NCBI GenBank assembly: GCA_004764695.1
Contig: SMSO01000031.1
Coordinates: 3,262,436-3,326,435, forward strand
Origin: Schizochytrium sp. TIO01
Lineage: Eukaryota; Protista; Bigyra: Labyrinthulomycetes
DNA length: 64,000 bases
Reading direction: 5' to 3'
Shown: positions 62,292 to 64,000 of the stretch, piece after piece
Layout: every line of letters starts with the position of its first letter
How positions within the stretch are numbered: the stretch's first letter is position 1
Position numbers and translations under genes: made by a program
Notes under the pieces: model-generated
What the model was told of the DNA's origin: nothing
The model's input: the letters and a program-made list of their open reading frames with translations, nothing else
The model's database searches: none

Positions 62292-63248
62292 TCACGGCTC
62301 AGTGAGTTCAAGTACAAGTTCCACCAGTTTGTTGCTGAGCAGTGGCTGGTCAGAAATCTTTCGTTCATAGTCACGGCATGCACGCAGGGCATCCTCACAG
62401 GATCCATCTTCAAGATGAACATCGATAAGGCGCATTGCGACGGCAGTAGCTTCGTCCCTGTCCTCAGCTTCGAGGAAGAGTTTTGCGGACATATCAAAGA
62501 GCGGCGCCGCAGCCATGGCGCGGTCTGGGCACAACCTGAATGCATTTGCAAGTGCACAGAGGCCCCTCGCCTCCAGCACATTGTTCTCGGCCTCTCTGGC
62601 CTCAACAATAGCCATGTTGTATAGCTCAATAGCTCTGTTGAGGAACTCTGGATCCTTCTCAGCCTGAGACTCGTTGACAAGCCTCGAACCTTGCTCCAGG
62701 AGCCTTCTTGCGATAGCCTCCTGCTCGCTATCCTCGACGTTCATGAGTGATGAGGCAGTAGTCCACCTCGAAAGACTGTCATCGTCACTCTTGCTTGAGC
62801 TGCTGCTCCGTGACCTGCACGAGCTCACAGACGCCGCTGACATTTCTGCGCTAGCGCCCCTCAACAACCCCAGTGCTGGCGACCGCCTTGAGATTGCCGC
62901 TGCCTCGCACTCCCCCACTGAGCTCTGGTCGTCGCTGTCTTCCTCTTCTTCGTCCTCTTCAACCTCAAGGCCTTCTTCGTCCTCAAAGTCTGCGCGTGAT
63001 GCCGATGCCGATGAGGATCTGTCAGTACCCGAATCACGGGTGCTGGAGCCTTGATCTGCTCCGGAACTCGCCCGGGACCGACTCGCCGACTCGTAGGCGT
63101 CCAAATCCGCTCCGCAGCTGTCGCTCTCAAGTCGCTCGTCACGGTCTGCGTCCTCGTGCGGTTCCAAGTTCGGGTTCTGCGCCGAAAGGGCTCTGTGGAA
63201 GTGCTGCTCAAAGGAGCGCACAGCTTCTTGGGACGGGCAGAAAGACAT
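62292..63248 (-). CDS. Acidic/Ser-rich protein with TPR/SNAP-like helical repeats; 3' end probably spliced
   Basis: ATG at 63248 (MSFCPSQE). FLNRAIELYNMAIVEAREAENNVLEARGLCALANAFRL...AAPLFDMSAKLFLEAED. The apparent TGA overlaps a GTGAGC donor at 62295. Confidence 0.7.
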   Translation of the reverse strand: MSFCPSQEAVRSFEQHFHRALSAQNPNLEPHEDADRDERLESDSCGADLDAYESASRSRASSGADQGSSTRDSGTDRSSSASASRADFEDEEGLEVEEDEEEEDSDDQSSVGECEAAAISRRSPALGLLRGASAEMSAASVSSCRSRSSSSSKSDDDSLSRWTTASSLMNVEDSEQEAIARRLLEQGSRLVNESQAEKDPEFLNRAIELYNMAIVEAREAENNVLEARGLCALANAFRLCPDRAMAAAPLFDMSAKLFLEAEDRDEATAVAMRLIDVHLEDGSCEDALRACRDYERKISDQPLLSNKLVELVLELTEP

Positions 63249-63533
63249 TTTTCTATGCACTCTATCAAAATGGTACTTTCTGACCTCCTCTTCCTCGCCT
63301 TTCCCGCCTCTTTTCCGGCCTTCTTGCTTTGCGCTCGCGATACTGCCCTCCAGCTCCCTCCGGCGCCGCCTTCTCTGGCCGCGGGCACCGCAGAAGAGTC
63401 GGTCTCCGTCCAGGTGTCTTTGCCTGGGAGTTCGCTGGCCCAGGGAATCGAAACTGGATTCCAATTTCGAAGCAATCAATCAATCAATCAATCAATCCAG
63501 ATTTTCAAATTCCCAACTTCGAATTCAAATCCT

Positions 63534-63610
63534 CAGAATTCAAAATTCAAAATTCAAAATTCAAAATTCAAAATTCAAAATTCAAAATTCAAAAATTCGA
63601 AATTCAAATT
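63534..63610. repeat. (AATTCAA)n heptamer tandem repeat, next to (TCAA)n
   Basis: About 10 near-perfect 7-bp units upstream of the minus-strand TPR-like gene. Confidence 0.92.
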
Positions 63611-64000
63611 TCCGCCTTCGACACCGCGCGCGTGAGTCGAGCTGCTGCGCGGTCCCTGACGCGGCCGCCGTCCACTCGCTCCGCACGCCGCTGCGGTCTC
63701 GCTGCTGCCTCTGCGTCTCCGTCTCTCTCTGTCTCCTGCGAGCGAACCGTGCCCTGCACTGGCTGCCTCGCTGCTCGACAAGACAGACGAGTCTTCTCCT
63801 TCTCCCAACTACTAAGCCAAGAAAGAGCCAATCAACCAATCAGTCAGTCAGTCAGTCAGTCGCTCAGGAACCAGTCCGCCAAGCCACAGCCGGTCTCCCA
63901 GACCCGCCTAGCTCGACGCCCTGCTCTCCGCCTGCCTGCCTGCCTGCCTGCTCCGCGGTCGATGGAGAGGTAGATGGATGGAGGGATGTGCGATCGCCTC

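Noticed and set aside
63265-63973. Several overlapping GC-rich ORFs containing SKFKIQN repeats
   Set aside because: They come from the heptamer repeat and GC-rich promoter/UTR sequence; no domain recognised
1-64000. tRNA, rRNA, CRISPR arrays, intact transposons or viral hallmark genes
   Set aside because: No cloverleaf or T-loop context, no repeat-spacer array, and no RT, integrase, transposase or capsid motifs seen by eye; tRNAscan/Infernal were not run

Overview
Eukaryotic nuclear DNA with long, mostly intron-less genes, GT-AG introns in one small gene, and microsatellite-rich AT-rich spacers. Gene style and content suggest a stramenopile protist, probably a thraustochytrid/labyrinthulomycete (inference only). 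Supported genes: a 5'-open ankyrin-repeat protein; a stand-alone RyR-domain protein with an N-myristoylation motif; a membrane-anchored M14/M99-like zinc carboxypeptidase with a bacterial-type Ig-like module; a full-size PDR/ABCG transporter; a PX-domain sterol 3-beta-glucosyltransferase split by one frameshift; a tandem array of four paralogues sharing an IP-x-G-xx-PG beta module and an unusual SH3-like C-terminal domain; an Rcf2/HIG1 protein; a large EF-hand/coiled-coil protein; a CHAT(caspase)-like, probably tail-anchored protein split by one frameshift; a 1521-aa coiled-coil protein; four-exon dynactin p25 (DCTN5); and a TPR-like protein. Long spacers contain several decayed reading frames with ankyrin or RI-type LRR remnants. 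The best candidates for an undescribed system are the four-gene array (29.0-35.5 kb), the CHAT-like membrane protein, the PX-glucosyltransferase fusion and the bacterial-type carboxypeptidase. All family calls come from motif recognition by eye; no database search was run.
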